Shown: positions 28,626 through 37,708 of the stretch, one piece after another
How positions within the stretch are numbered: the first letter of the stretch is position 1
Layout: each line of letters begins with the position of its first letter
Assembly (NCBI GenBank): GCA_043747615.1
Contig: JAYTOU010000016.1
Span: 10,414 to 74,413 of the forward strand
DNA length: 64,000 nt
Origin: Myxococcales bacterium
GTDB lineage: Bacteria > Myxococcota_A > Polyangia > Polyangiales > Polyangiaceae
Direction: 5' to 3'
The notes under the pieces: generated by a model
Told to the model about the DNA's origin: nothing
Seen by the model: only the letters and a program-made list of their open reading frames with translations
Databases searched by the model: none
Program-made: the position numbers and the translations under genes

Positions 28626-29164
28626 TCGCGCCGCACATTGCACGGCGGTACGCCAAGGCACTCGTCGAGATCGGCGCGGAGACGGGCACGCTCGAGACGC
28701 TCGTGACGGAGATCGGCGATCTCGGAGCCGCGTTCAGCGCGAGCCTCGAGCTGCGAAACGCCATGGAAAACCCGCTCATCGCGCGGGAGGGCAAGGTCGC
28801 CATCCTCGAAGAGCTCGCGCAGCGGCTCTCGCTGAGCCCCACCGCGAAGAATCTCCTGCTCATGCTCGGTGCGCGTCGCCGTCTGCCTGCGCTCCCGGGA
28901 ATCGCTCAGCGCCTACGCGAAATGAACGACCTCCGAAAAGGGATCGTCCGAGCGGAGGTCACTACCGCCGTCCCCCTGAGCGACGCGTACTACGAACGCC
29001 TTCGAATCGAGCTCGAGAAGATGACCGGCAACAAGGTGACCCTCGACAAGCGCGAAGACCCGTCAATTCTCGCGGGCGTCGTCACCCGCATCGGAGACAC
29101 CGTCGTCGATGGCTCTCTCCGAACGCGCCTTCAGCAGATGAAACACACGCTCCTGCAAGATTAA
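28622..29164 (+). CDS. atpH: F1 ATP synthase subunit delta
   Basis: IARRYAKAL and DPSILAGVVTRIGDTVVDGSL motifs. Confidence 0.93.
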   Translation: MIAPHIARRYAKALVEIGAETGTLETLVTEIGDLGAAFSASLELRNAMENPLIAREGKVAILEELAQRLSLSPTAKNLLLMLGARRRLPALPGIAQRLREMNDLRKGIVRAEVTTAVPLSDAYYERLRIELEKMTGNKVTLDKREDPSILAGVVTRIGDTVVDGSLRTRLQQMKHTLLQD

Positions 29165-29197
29165 GTCTGACCCGAGACATTTAGAGGAATTTCGCAC

Positions 29198-30853
29198 ATG
29201 CAGCTTCGCGCCGAAGAGATCTCGCAGATCATCAAGAAGCAGATTCAGAACTATGAGAAAGCCGCTCTCACCCAAGAGACCGGCACCGTTCTCTCGGTCG
29301 GAGACGGCATCGCGCGCGTCTACGGCCTCGAGGGAGCGATGGCCGGCGAGCTCCTCGAGTTCCCCGGAAACCTCATGGGCCTCGTGCTCAACCTCGAGTC
29401 GGACAACGTCGGCGCGGCGCTCTTCGGAGACACCGCGGCGATCAAAGAAGGCGCTCTCGTCAAGCGCACCGGCCGCATCATGGAGGTGCCCGTCGGCGAG
29501 GCCCTCATTGGCCGCGTCGTCAACGCGCTCGGTCTGCCCATCGACGGCAAAGGCCCCATCGAGACGGCGCACAAGCGTCGCGTCGAGGTGAAGGCCCCCG
29601 GAATTCTCCAGCGTCAGCCGGTGAAAGAGCCCCTCCAGACGGGCATCAAGGCCATCGACGCCATGGTGCCGATCGGCCGCGGTCAGCGCGAGCTCATCAT
29701 CGGTGACCGTCAGGTCGGAAAGACCGCCGTCGCCCTCGACACCATCCTCAACCAGAAGGGGCAGAACGTTTACTGCTTCTACGTCGCCATCGGACAGAAG
29801 CAGTCGACCGTCGCCAGCGTCGTCGACAAGCTCACCCAGCACGGCGCGATGGAGTACACGACGGTCGTCGTCTCGGGCGCGAGCGAGTCGGCGCCTCTGC
29901 AGTTCATCGCCCCGTACACCGGCGTCACGATGGCCGAGTATTTCAGGGACACCGGGCGTCATGCCCTGTGCGTCTATGACGATCTCTCCAAGCAGGCCGT
30001 GGCCTACCGCCAGCTGTCGCTCCTCCTTCGCCGCCCGCCGGGTCGCGAAGCTTACCCGGGCGACGTCTTCTACATTCACTCCCGACTCCTCGAGCGCGCC
30101 GCAAAAATGGCCGAAGAGTATGCGTGCGTGAAGAAGGGCACCACCGATTGGAAGAACATCGGAGACGCCAAGAAGCACTTGGGCGAAGAGGCCAAGCACC
30201 TCGCTGAGAAAGAAGCGAAGGAGAAAGGTCCTGAGTTCGAAGCGCTTCGCAATCCGAACTCCGGAGGGTCGCTCACCGCGCTCCCGATCATCGAGACCCA
30301 GGGCGGCGACGTCTCGGCGTACATCCCCACGAACGTGATCTCGATCACCGACGGACAGATCTTCCTCGAGAGCGATCTCTTCTTCTCCGGCGTCCGTCCC
30401 GCCATCAACGTCGGCATCTCCGTGAGCCGCGTCGGCGGCAACGCGCAGATCAAGGCCATGAAGAGCATCGCTGGAACGCTGAAGCTCGATCTCGCGCAGT
30501 ACCGAGAAAAAGCGGCGTTTTCGCAGTTTGCGAGCGATCTCGACAAGGTCACGCGCGACATGCTCGAACGAGGCGCGCGGCTCGTCGAAATCTTGAAGCA
30601 AGGCCAGTACGTGCCTATCCCGGTCGAGCGTCAGGTGGTCATCATCTACGCCGGCACGAAGGGCTACCTCGACGGGCTGCCGGTATCGAAGCTCGGAGAC
30701 TACGAGAAAGAGCTCTACGCATTCATCGACGGCCAACACAAAGACTTCTTCGAGAAGGTCAAGACGAAGAAGGTCCTCGACAAGGATCTCGAGCCCGAGC
30801 TGAAGACCATTCTCGAAAAGTTCAACAAAGCGTTCGGCAAGGGAACGAAATAG
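29198..30853 (+). CDS. atpA: F1 ATP synthase subunit alpha
   Basis: [32 protein letters not shown] and SRVGG motifs. Confidence 0.97.
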   Translation: MQLRAEEISQIIKKQIQNYEKAALTQETGTVLSVGDGIARVYGLEGAMAGELLEFPGNLMGLVLNLESDNVGAALFGDTAAIKEGALVKRTGRIMEVPVGEALIGRVVNALGLPIDGKGPIETAHKRRVEVKAPGILQRQPVKEPLQTGIKAIDAMVPIGRGQRELIIGDRQVGKTAVALDTILNQKGQNVYCFYVAIGQKQSTVASVVDKLTQHGAMEYTTVVVSGASESAPLQFIAPYTGVTMAEYFRDTGRHALCVYDDLSKQAVAYRQLSLLLRRPPGREAYPGDVFYIHSRLLERAAKMAEEYACVKKGTTDWKNIGDAKKHLGEEAKHLAEKEAKEKGPEFEALRNPNSGGSLTALPIIETQGGDVSAYIPTNVISITDGQIFLESDLFFSGVRPAINVGISVSRVGGNAQIKAMKSIAGTLKLDLAQYREKAAFSQFASDLDKVTRDMLERGARLVEILKQGQYVPIPVERQVVIIYAGTKGYLDGLPVSKLGDYEKELYAFIDGQHKDFFEKVKTKKVLDKDLEPELKTILEKFNKAFGKGTK

Positions 30854-30860
30854 GCGCCCG

Positions 30861-31802
30861 ATGCCTTCGCTCAAAATCATTCGCAAGCGAATCGCCAGCG
30901 TGAAATCCACGCAGAAGATCACGCGTGCCATGAAGATGGTGGCGGGCGCGAAGCTCAATCGCGCTCAGCAGAGGATCGTGGCGCTCCGTCCATACGCCGT
31001 GAAGACCACGGAGATCCTGCAGACGGTGACCGACTCGATGACGCGCAACGGCCCGGCCGACGAGCATGCGGTCGCGGACGACGATCTCTCCAATCCGCTC
31101 CTCGCGCAGCGGCCGGAGAAGAACATCCTCTACGTCGTGCTCACCAGTGATCGTGGGCTATGCGGCGCGTTCAACACCAACGTCAGCAAGGCCGTCGAAC
31201 GCGAGTGGCGCGAGAAACGCGACCAAGAGGGCGTCACCGTAAAGTTCGCGACCGTCGGCAAAAAGGGGCGCGAATATTTGCGTCGCCGAGGCGGAGACGT
31301 CGCCCAAGACTTCGTGAAGATCTACGATGGCCTCGATCTCGAAAAATCCCGATTGGTGACGAGCTGGATCGTCTCGCGCTTCGCAAAAGGTGAGTTCGAC
31401 GCAATCTACCTCGTCTACAACGAGTTCAAGAGCGCCATCACCCAGAAGGTGACCATCGAGCCGCTCCTCCCGTTGAAGAAGCGCGAAGAGCCAGCGGCAG
31501 ATGGCGAACGGAGCAAGGCAGACGACCAGAAAGCGCTGGTCGCCGACCTCCTCTACGAGCCGAACCCGCGCGCCCTCCTCGAACGCCTGGTGCCGATGTA
31601 CGTGGAAATCAGCCTGTATCGCGCGCTCCTCGAGAGCCAGGCCAGCGAGTTCGGCGCCCGGATGACGGCGATGGATGCGGCGACCCGCAATGCCAAGGAC
31701 ATGATCTCCCGCCTCACGCTCGTCTACAACCGAGCGCGGCAAGCAGCGATCACCAAGGAGCTGATGGAGATCATCGGCGGAGCCGAAGCCCTCAAGGAGT
31801 AG
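30861..31802 (+). CDS. atpG: F1 ATP synthase subunit gamma
   Basis: STQKITRAMKMV, TSDRGLCG and YNRARQAAITKEL motifs. Confidence 0.97.
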   Translation: MPSLKIIRKRIASVKSTQKITRAMKMVAGAKLNRAQQRIVALRPYAVKTTEILQTVTDSMTRNGPADEHAVADDDLSNPLLAQRPEKNILYVVLTSDRGLCGAFNTNVSKAVEREWREKRDQEGVTVKFATVGKKGREYLRRRGGDVAQDFVKIYDGLDLEKSRLVTSWIVSRFAKGEFDAIYLVYNEFKSAITQKVTIEPLLPLKKREEPAADGERSKADDQKALVADLLYEPNPRALLERLVPMYVEISLYRALLESQASEFGARMTAMDAATRNAKDMISRLTLVYNRARQAAITKELMEIIGGAEALKE

Positions 31803-32508
31803 CGGTTGGCGGCGGCAAGCGGATTACGAAGCACGTCGGGTAGTCGCTCGTCTTTTCCAGCTTGAGCGTGCCGCCCATCGCGTCGATCGTGTGCCGACAA
31901 AAGTAGAGACTCATGCGGCTGGTGAGGCTCGCATCCGCGGTCACCGACGACGCCGGGCGCTTCTCGAAGAGATCCGCCTCCTCTTCCGCCGTGATGGGTG
32001 GTCCGTCGTTGCCGACGATGATCTCGACGGGCGACGTGGCGCAGAACTGCCGGCCAGCGATCAAGATATTTCCGCCCGATCGGATGTAGCGGAGTGAGGT
32101 CTCGATCAAGTTCTCGATGACCCGCCTCAGAATTTCTACGTCGGCTTCGACGGAGTCCAGGCCGACCTCTAGCTCGACGTGCAGCTTCACGCCCCGCATC
32201 TCGGCTTCGACCGCGTGTACGTCTGCGGACTTCGTGAGGAGGCTCGCGAGCGCAACCGGCGCCATCTTCACTTCGAGGTTGCCCCGCTCGATCTTGGCGA
32301 CGTCGAGGACGTTGGCGATCATCCGAAAAAGCCGGCCACCCGCGTGCCGACAGTCGTAAAGCGCGGCGCGGACCACGTCGAATTTCTCGTCGCACGGGAG
32401 CTGATCGAGCGCGAACTCGATGTTCATGCTCACCGCCGAAAGCGGACCTTTGAGATCGTGCACCAAGCGCGGGGTCGAGTCGTCTTCAGCGAAGATTCGC
32501 GGGTTCAT
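31792..32508 (-). CDS. Sensorless HisKA/HATPase protein with degenerate ATP-binding boxes
   Basis: H-box LVHDLKGPL. N-box NLIETSLRY, GNDGPPI and LFEK. The G2 box reads SRMSLYFC. Confidence 0.8.
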   Translation of the reverse strand: MNPRIFAEDDSTPRLVHDLKGPLSAVSMNIEFALDQLPCDEKFDVVRAALYDCRHAGGRLFRMIANVLDVAKIERGNLEVKMAPVALASLLTKSADVHAVEAEMRGVKLHVELEVGLDSVEADVEILRRVIENLIETSLRYIRSGGNILIAGRQFCATSPVEIIVGNDGPPITAEEEADLFEKRPASSVTADASLTSRMSLYFCRHTIDAMGGTLKLEKTSDYPTCFVIRLPPPTATP

Positions 32509-32602
32509 TGCCTCTCAAGAGAACGGGCGAGCCCGCGACATACTTTAGGCCCGGGCGAAAAAATCATCGGCCGATCGCGGATAGAGGCTTTTTTGAGCGA
32601 TA

Positions 32603-34681
32603 TTAGGGCGTTTCCAGCATGGCTATCTGGTCGGGGCCCGCAGGGTTCACAAGGGACGTCACATCCCGCACCCCCCCGCTGACCGCCGAAAGAAGCGGAA
32701 CGGGCCAGAGGCCGAGCCCCAAGCAGAGTGCGGCGAGCGGCGCCAGCGCGGCCATCTCGCGGACGGTGAGCTCCGGAAATTTTCCGCCGAACGGCTCGAG
32801 CAGCGCGCTCTTTCGCCAGGACTCTTTGAACGAGCCGAGGCACACCCGCTGAACGGCCGAAAGGTGGTACGCGGCGCTCAGTACCGCACCCGTAGCGGCG
32901 ATCGACGTGAGGACGCGGTAGCTCGGGAAAGCGCCCACGATGGAGAGCGCCGTCCCCCAGAAACCGGAGAGGCCTGGCAGCCCGAGGGAGGCCATGAATG
33001 CGAAGCCGAAAAATAGCGTGTAGAGAGGCATCTCGCTGGCGAGACCGCCGAGCTTTTCGATCTCGCGTGTGTGAGCGCGCTCTTGAATGGCGCCGACCAA
33101 GAGAAGAAGCATCGCCACGATGATCCCGTGGCTGAACATCTGCAAGAGGCAGGCGCTGATCCCTTGCGGCGTCATCGAGCCGAGCCCGATGAGACAGAAG
33201 CCCATTTGGCTCGCGGTTCCGTAGGCGATGAGCCGTTTCAAATCCGTCTGGGCCATCGCGCAAAGTGCGGCGTAGATGATGCTCACCGTGCCGAAGGCGA
33301 CCATCGTTCCCGCGGCCCAGCGACTCCCGTCCGGCAGGATGCCGAAGCTCACGCGGAGGATCCCGTAGACACCCATCTTCAGGCCGACGCCAGCAAGCAG
33401 AATGCTGACCGGGGTGGGCGCTTCGGTGAGGGCGTCCGGCAGCCACGTATGAAACGGGAACATAGGGATCTTGATCGCGAAAGCGACGAAGAGCGCGACC
33501 CAGACCACCTTGACGAAGGACAGACCGAAGATGGAGAGGTGCTTGGCGCTGTAAGATACACGCATCAGCTCGGGCACCGAGAAACTGTGGGTCGCCGTGC
33601 TTCCGTCGACCAGAAACGTGCGGTCCGCGCTGAGGTGCAGAGCGATGAACGCGAGGAGCATGAGGATGCTGCCGGCGTGCGTGTAGATGAAATATTTTAC
33701 CGCCGCGTACTCCCGCTTCGGGCCGCCCCAGATCGCGATGAGGAAGTAAATGGGTAGAAGCATCGCTTCCCAGAACGCGAAGAAGAGGACGAGGTCGAGA
33801 GCCACGAAGACGCCCATCATCGCGCTCGTGAGAAGCAAGTAGAGAGCAACGTACGCCTTGAGACGCTTGTCGATGGTGAAGCTGGCAACGGCACCAACGA
33901 AGGCGAGGAGCGCGGTGAGGAGCACCATCATGATGCTCGTTCCATCGACGCCCACGAAGTACTCGACGTGGACAGAACGCACCCACACGGCGTGCTCGAT
34001 GAACTGGAAACCGTCGTTGCCGTCGGCGCGGGTCACGTCTCCGTTGAAGTTTTGAAAGACCCACAAGGCGAGGAGGAGTTGTGCTCCCGTGATCCCCAGC
34101 GCTACCCAGCGGACGGGCTTGTCGTCGGTGTAGCCCGTGTAGCGAAGCCCGAAAATCCCCAGCGCACCGAGGAGCGGAAGAAGAATGAGAAGCGAGAGCG
34201 CGTGCTCGGAGATGAAGCCGAGGCCGCGGGGAACTTGGGCGGTGACTCCCATGGCGACCTCACCCGATGGCTCGTCGGTCGAGGTCACGATCACGTGGCC
34301 GAAGAGCTGCTTCATCCGGGATTCGTGCTCGGGAATCCAGGTCACGAGCACTTTGCGCGAGGCCTTCGGGGCGATGGTAGCCGTCGTTCCGCCTCCCTCG
34401 GTGAAGCGGGCGGAGAGGCGCGAGGGGATGCGCACGTCCTCTTCGTCGCCGCGGGGGGCGATGCGAGAGACCACCAGCGGATCAGTGCCGGTGTTCGCGA
34501 TCGTGAACTCGCCTACGTAGCTCCCCTCCTTGCCAGGGAGCAACGCGAGAGGGCCCGCACCCGGCGCAGTGAGCTCGATCGTGCCTGCGCTCTTCGTCGC
34601 CGAGAAGTGCTCTTGCGCGTGGCCAGGTGCCGCCAGAAACAAAAGGGCGAACGAAAAGAGGAGGGTGATGATTGGACGCAA
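32603..34681 (-). CDS. nuoM: NuoM-like antiporter-type subunit with N-terminal signal peptide and Ig-like domain
   Basis: YFVGVDG, FWEAMLLP, AIKIPMFPFHTWLPDA, LKMGVYG and LGLPGLSGF motifs, preceded by about 150 extra residues. Confidence 0.85.
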   Translation of the reverse strand: MRPIITLLFSFALLFLAAPGHAQEHFSATKSAGTIELTAPGAGPLALLPGKEGSYVGEFTIANTGTDPLVVSRIAPRGDEEDVRIPSRLSARFTEGGGTTATIAPKASRKVLVTWIPEHESRMKQLFGHVIVTSTDEPSGEVAMGVTAQVPRGLGFISEHALSLLILLPLLGALGIFGLRYTGYTDDKPVRWVALGITGAQLLLALWVFQNFNGDVTRADGNDGFQFIEHAVWVRSVHVEYFVGVDGTSIMMVLLTALLAFVGAVASFTIDKRLKAYVALYLLLTSAMMGVFVALDLVLFFAFWEAMLLPIYFLIAIWGGPKREYAAVKYFIYTHAGSILMLLAFIALHLSADRTFLVDGSTATHSFSVPELMRVSYSAKHLSIFGLSFVKVVWVALFVAFAIKIPMFPFHTWLPDALTEAPTPVSILLAGVGLKMGVYGILRVSFGILPDGSRWAAGTMVAFGTVSIIYAALCAMAQTDLKRLIAYGTASQMGFCLIGLGSMTPQGISACLLQMFSHGIIVAMLLLLVGAIQERAHTREIEKLGGLASEMPLYTLFFGFAFMASLGLPGLSGFWGTALSIVGAFPSYRVLTSIAATGAVLSAAYHLSAVQRVCLGSFKESWRKSALLEPFGGKFPELTVREMAALAPLAALCLGLGLWPVPLLSAVSGGVRDVTSLVNPAGPDQIAMLETP

Positions 34682-34687
34682 TCGGAC

Positions 34688-37222
34688 CTACCGTTTCAAG
34701 AGGAGATAAAGGAGAACGGCGACGAGGAGTACGCCGCCAATCGCCGCGAGGGGCCTTATACGATCACTCGTCGCTGCCTTCTCCGCTGCGGCTTCAGCAG
34801 GAGCGTCGAGGAGATCGGTGTCTACCCGACCACTCACCCACGCGGTGGCGCGGATCAACACGCCGGCCCCGTGGAGCACGGCATCGATCACCGAGCGGTC
34901 CAGATCTACGGCGAGCTCACTCAGCCAAATGACCGGCCGCGCGAAGGCGACCGAGAACACGCGCTCGACGTAGAACCGAGCGTGGATCGGCTTGAAAAAG
35001 CGGGTCGCACGCTCGCGAGCTTCCCAATCGCTCGGGCGCGAATCGCCGTAACGATCGCGCGACACAGAGAAACCCGCATACGCCGCGCCGACTGCGAGGA
35101 AGGCGATGGCTCCCATGGTCGCGAGGCCTGCGTCATCGAAATGAAAGTGCGCCGCTTCGAACGACGGGGCGAGCCAATCCTCGAGGAGCGACTCCCCTCG
35201 CCCGCCGAGCCACTTCGAGCTGAGGCCAACCACGCTCGAAACGACGCTGATTCCGGCAAGCATCTGGAGGACGTCGAGCATTTTTTTCGGCGGCTCGCGC
35301 GTCTTCGCGGCCTCGGCCTCGGCAGGCGGTGGAGGGCCTTCGAAGACGAGGAAATAGGCTCGCCAGAGGGCGAAGCTCGCGAGCGCACCGGCGAGGAGCG
35401 CGACCGCGAAGAGAGCCCACCGCGTCTTGTGACCGACGTCGTCGCTGGTGAATGCGGCGACCATGATTTCGTTCCGCGACCAGAACCCGGCGAGCCCAGG
35501 TACGGGCGCTGCGACCACCGCCAAGCACGCCAAGCGAAACGAGCGCGCCGTGATCGGTAGGCTCGCGCGCAGAGCTCCCATCCGCCGAACGTCTCCCTCC
35601 GCAGCGGGCGCCGTGCGGGTGACCGCGTAAGCGGCGAGAAAGAGACAGCCGAGCGCGAAGGTCTCGGTGACGAGATGAAACACGGCCCCATTCGCGGCGC
35701 CGACTCCAGCGCCAAGCATCATGAAGCCGAATTGAGCGACGGCGCTCGAGGCCACGATCCGCCGTAAGTCGTAGTCGAACATTGTCATGGCCGAGGCGCT
35801 GACCGCGGTGAGCGCACCAATGCCGGCAACCAACGTGGAGGTGCTCGAGGAGAGCGCGAAGAGAAATGACAAGCGAGCGACGAGGTACACGCCGGCCGTT
35901 GCCGTGGCCGCGATGACGAGCATGAGCGCTGGCCCGGTCGCGACGGACGAATCGAGGAGCCAGGCATGGAACGGGAACTGCGCGCTCTTGGTGGCAGCGG
36001 CGAAGAAGAAAAGAGCGCAGGCCAGGCTGACCACGCCGATGCCGCCGAGTCCGCGCTTGGCGATGAGCGTGTCGCGCACGATTGATTCGCTTCGCGCATT
36101 CTTGAGCACGAGCTCGTCGCGAATTTCACGGAACGACAGAGTCGGCCCGAGGAGGACCAGGGAGAGCTCGCTGTCTCCGCCGGTCACCACATGGGCGACG
36201 ATGTGGTCGTCGAGGCCGGCGCCGGGGTGAATGCGAAAAGTGTGGATTCCGCCGGGGATCGCGAAGCGCACGAACGGAGCACGGAGGAGATCGTTGCCGT
36301 TCATCATCGGCGTGCGAGAGTCGTCGAGGTAAACGAGCGCGCCGGGGTACGTCGCGAGCGTTATGAGCGCCTTGCCGGTTGCCGCGGGTTTCCCGGCCTC
36401 TTTCGGGTGATCTTTGCCGTGATCTCTGGCGCCTTCGTGACCGCGATCATCATCATCATCATCGTCGCGCCCAGCGTGAGCGGGTGCACCGTTCGCCGAG
36501 ACCGCGGCAAACCTGGGATTCAAGTCCGGGATGAACGTGTTGTCGGCCCAGGAGCCTCCGAGGCCCCAGAAGAGCAGCGCGACTCCCACGAGCAGAGCTG
36601 CGTCCCCCGCGCGATTCACGATGAACGCTTTGACGCCAACACTTGGCTTTGCACTCGCGGTCCCGGGCGAGAAATCGACGAGGGCGTAGGTGGCGACGGC
36701 GACGCCTTCCCACCCGAAGAACAGGACGACGAAGTTGTCGGCGAGCACCACGATGAGCAGCGCGAAGACCAAGAAGTTCATCCAGGCTAGGGAGCGCCAT
36801 GCGCTGTCGTCCTTCTCGAGGAGCGGCGCAGAGAACGCGAACACCAGAAACGCCATGGCCGTGACGACCAGGCACATCACGCTCGCGAGCGGATCGATCG
36901 ACAGATCGAAGCTCGCATCGAGCTGACCGATCCGCACCATCCTGAAGAGATGCGTGAGGAGGAAACGCCCACTCGGAGGAAGTTGCGCGAGAAGGTAGAG
37001 GTGTGCACCGGCGACTCCGAACGTGCCGAGCATCGTGCCGAGAGCGATCTGCCGAAGCGTCTTCGGGGCCGGACGCGGGGCCTTCGGATTTTCGCGATGA
37101 TTCGCGTGGTAGCCGAGACCGAGGTACGCACACGCAAGCGCCGCGAGCAGCGGCAACGTGGGAATGAGCCAGAGGTATACCGCGAGCGTCAGATGCTGGA
37201 TCGGGCCTTGGGTTTCCGGCAT
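34688..37222 (-). CDS. nuoL: NuoL-like antiporter-type subunit with internal soluble insertion
   Basis: IDPLAS, FFGWEGV, KAFIVNRAGD, KSAQFPF..WL, TAGVYLVAR and D+RRMGAL motifs, plus a ~170-aa insertion. Confidence 0.82.
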   Translation of the reverse strand: MPETQGPIQHLTLAVYLWLIPTLPLLAALACAYLGLGYHANHRENPKAPRPAPKTLRQIALGTMLGTFGVAGAHLYLLAQLPPSGRFLLTHLFRMVRIGQLDASFDLSIDPLASVMCLVVTAMAFLVFAFSAPLLEKDDSAWRSLAWMNFLVFALLIVVLADNFVVLFFGWEGVAVATYALVDFSPGTASAKPSVGVKAFIVNRAGDAALLVGVALLFWGLGGSWADNTFIPDLNPRFAAVSANGAPAHAGRDDDDDDDRGHEGARDHGKDHPKEAGKPAATGKALITLATYPGALVYLDDSRTPMMNGNDLLRAPFVRFAIPGGIHTFRIHPGAGLDDHIVAHVVTGGDSELSLVLLGPTLSFREIRDELVLKNARSESIVRDTLIAKRGLGGIGVVSLACALFFFAAATKSAQFPFHAWLLDSSVATGPALMLVIAATATAGVYLVARLSFLFALSSSTSTLVAGIGALTAVSASAMTMFDYDLRRIVASSAVAQFGFMMLGAGVGAANGAVFHLVTETFALGCLFLAAYAVTRTAPAAEGDVRRMGALRASLPITARSFRLACLAVVAAPVPGLAGFWSRNEIMVAAFTSDDVGHKTRWALFAVALLAGALASFALWRAYFLVFEGPPPPAEAEAAKTREPPKKMLDVLQMLAGISVVSSVVGLSSKWLGGRGESLLEDWLAPSFEAAHFHFDDAGLATMGAIAFLAVGAAYAGFSVSRDRYGDSRPSDWEARERATRFFKPIHARFYVERVFSVAFARPVIWLSELAVDLDRSVIDAVLHGAGVLIRATAWVSGRVDTDLLDAPAEAAAEKAATSDRIRPLAAIGGVLLVAVLLYLLLKR
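36446..36463. repeat. (ATC)6 microsatellite encoding poly-Asp in the NuoL-like insertion
   Basis: atcatcatcatcatcatc read directly from the sequence. Confidence 0.9.
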
Positions 37223-37252
37223 TCGAGCGACGCGGAGGCTAACCCAAAAGCC

Positions 37253-37660
37253 TCACTTGCAATAGGAATCGCAGACCCGGGCGAGACAGCTGTTCAACTC
37301 TGTCGTCACGGCCGTGCATTTAGCGTGGTTCACGTAGCAGTTGTCCTGGCAGTCGCAGTCGCTGGCGCACTTGCCCACGCAGGCACTGAGGTCGGGCGAG
37401 CAGTCCATCTCGGCGGCTTTCGCCCTGTCTTCCGTCTCGCACAAGCCTTCGTAGCCCTCGTGCGAGCAGTCGCACTTCAGCGAAGCGCGGGCGTTGCAGT
37501 TGGAGCACGGGGTGGTGGCTAGGTGAGTCCAGCCGGCGCGTTGCGTGCAGCTTGCATGTAAATCGATCACCACTGCGTCTTGGTGCTTCGAGGCACACGC
37601 CATCACTGCCAGCGACCCCCAGAGAATGAGCCAAACGGGGGAGCACCACTTCCGTGTCAT
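37253..37660 (-). CDS. Cys-rich lipoprotein
   Basis: Lipobox VMAC and 16 further Cys in about 113 mature residues. It fills the gap between the nuoH- and nuoL-like genes on the same strand. Confidence 0.72.
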   Translation of the reverse strand: MTRKWCSPVWLILWGSLAVMACASKHQDAVVIDLHASCTQRAGWTHLATTPCSNCNARASLKCDCSHEGYEGLCETEDRAKAAEMDCSPDLSACVGKCASDCDCQDNCYVNHAKCTAVTTELNSCLARVCDSYCK

Positions 37661-37708
37661 GATCCCTGACGTAGCACGCTCGCAGGCCTGACGCGCTTGA
37701 CGGACGGC

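Noticed and set aside
29063..30958. Long antisense or alternate-frame ORFs (e.g. 29063-30958, 10073-11794, 32505-34064, 33968-35560, 55561-56892)
   Set aside because: They are shadow ORFs of well-supported genes, expected at high GC, and have no motifs.
37253..37660. The Cys-rich protein as a ferredoxin/NuoI or cytochrome c
   Set aside because: It lacks CxxCxxCxxxCP and CxxCH motifs and carries an export signal.
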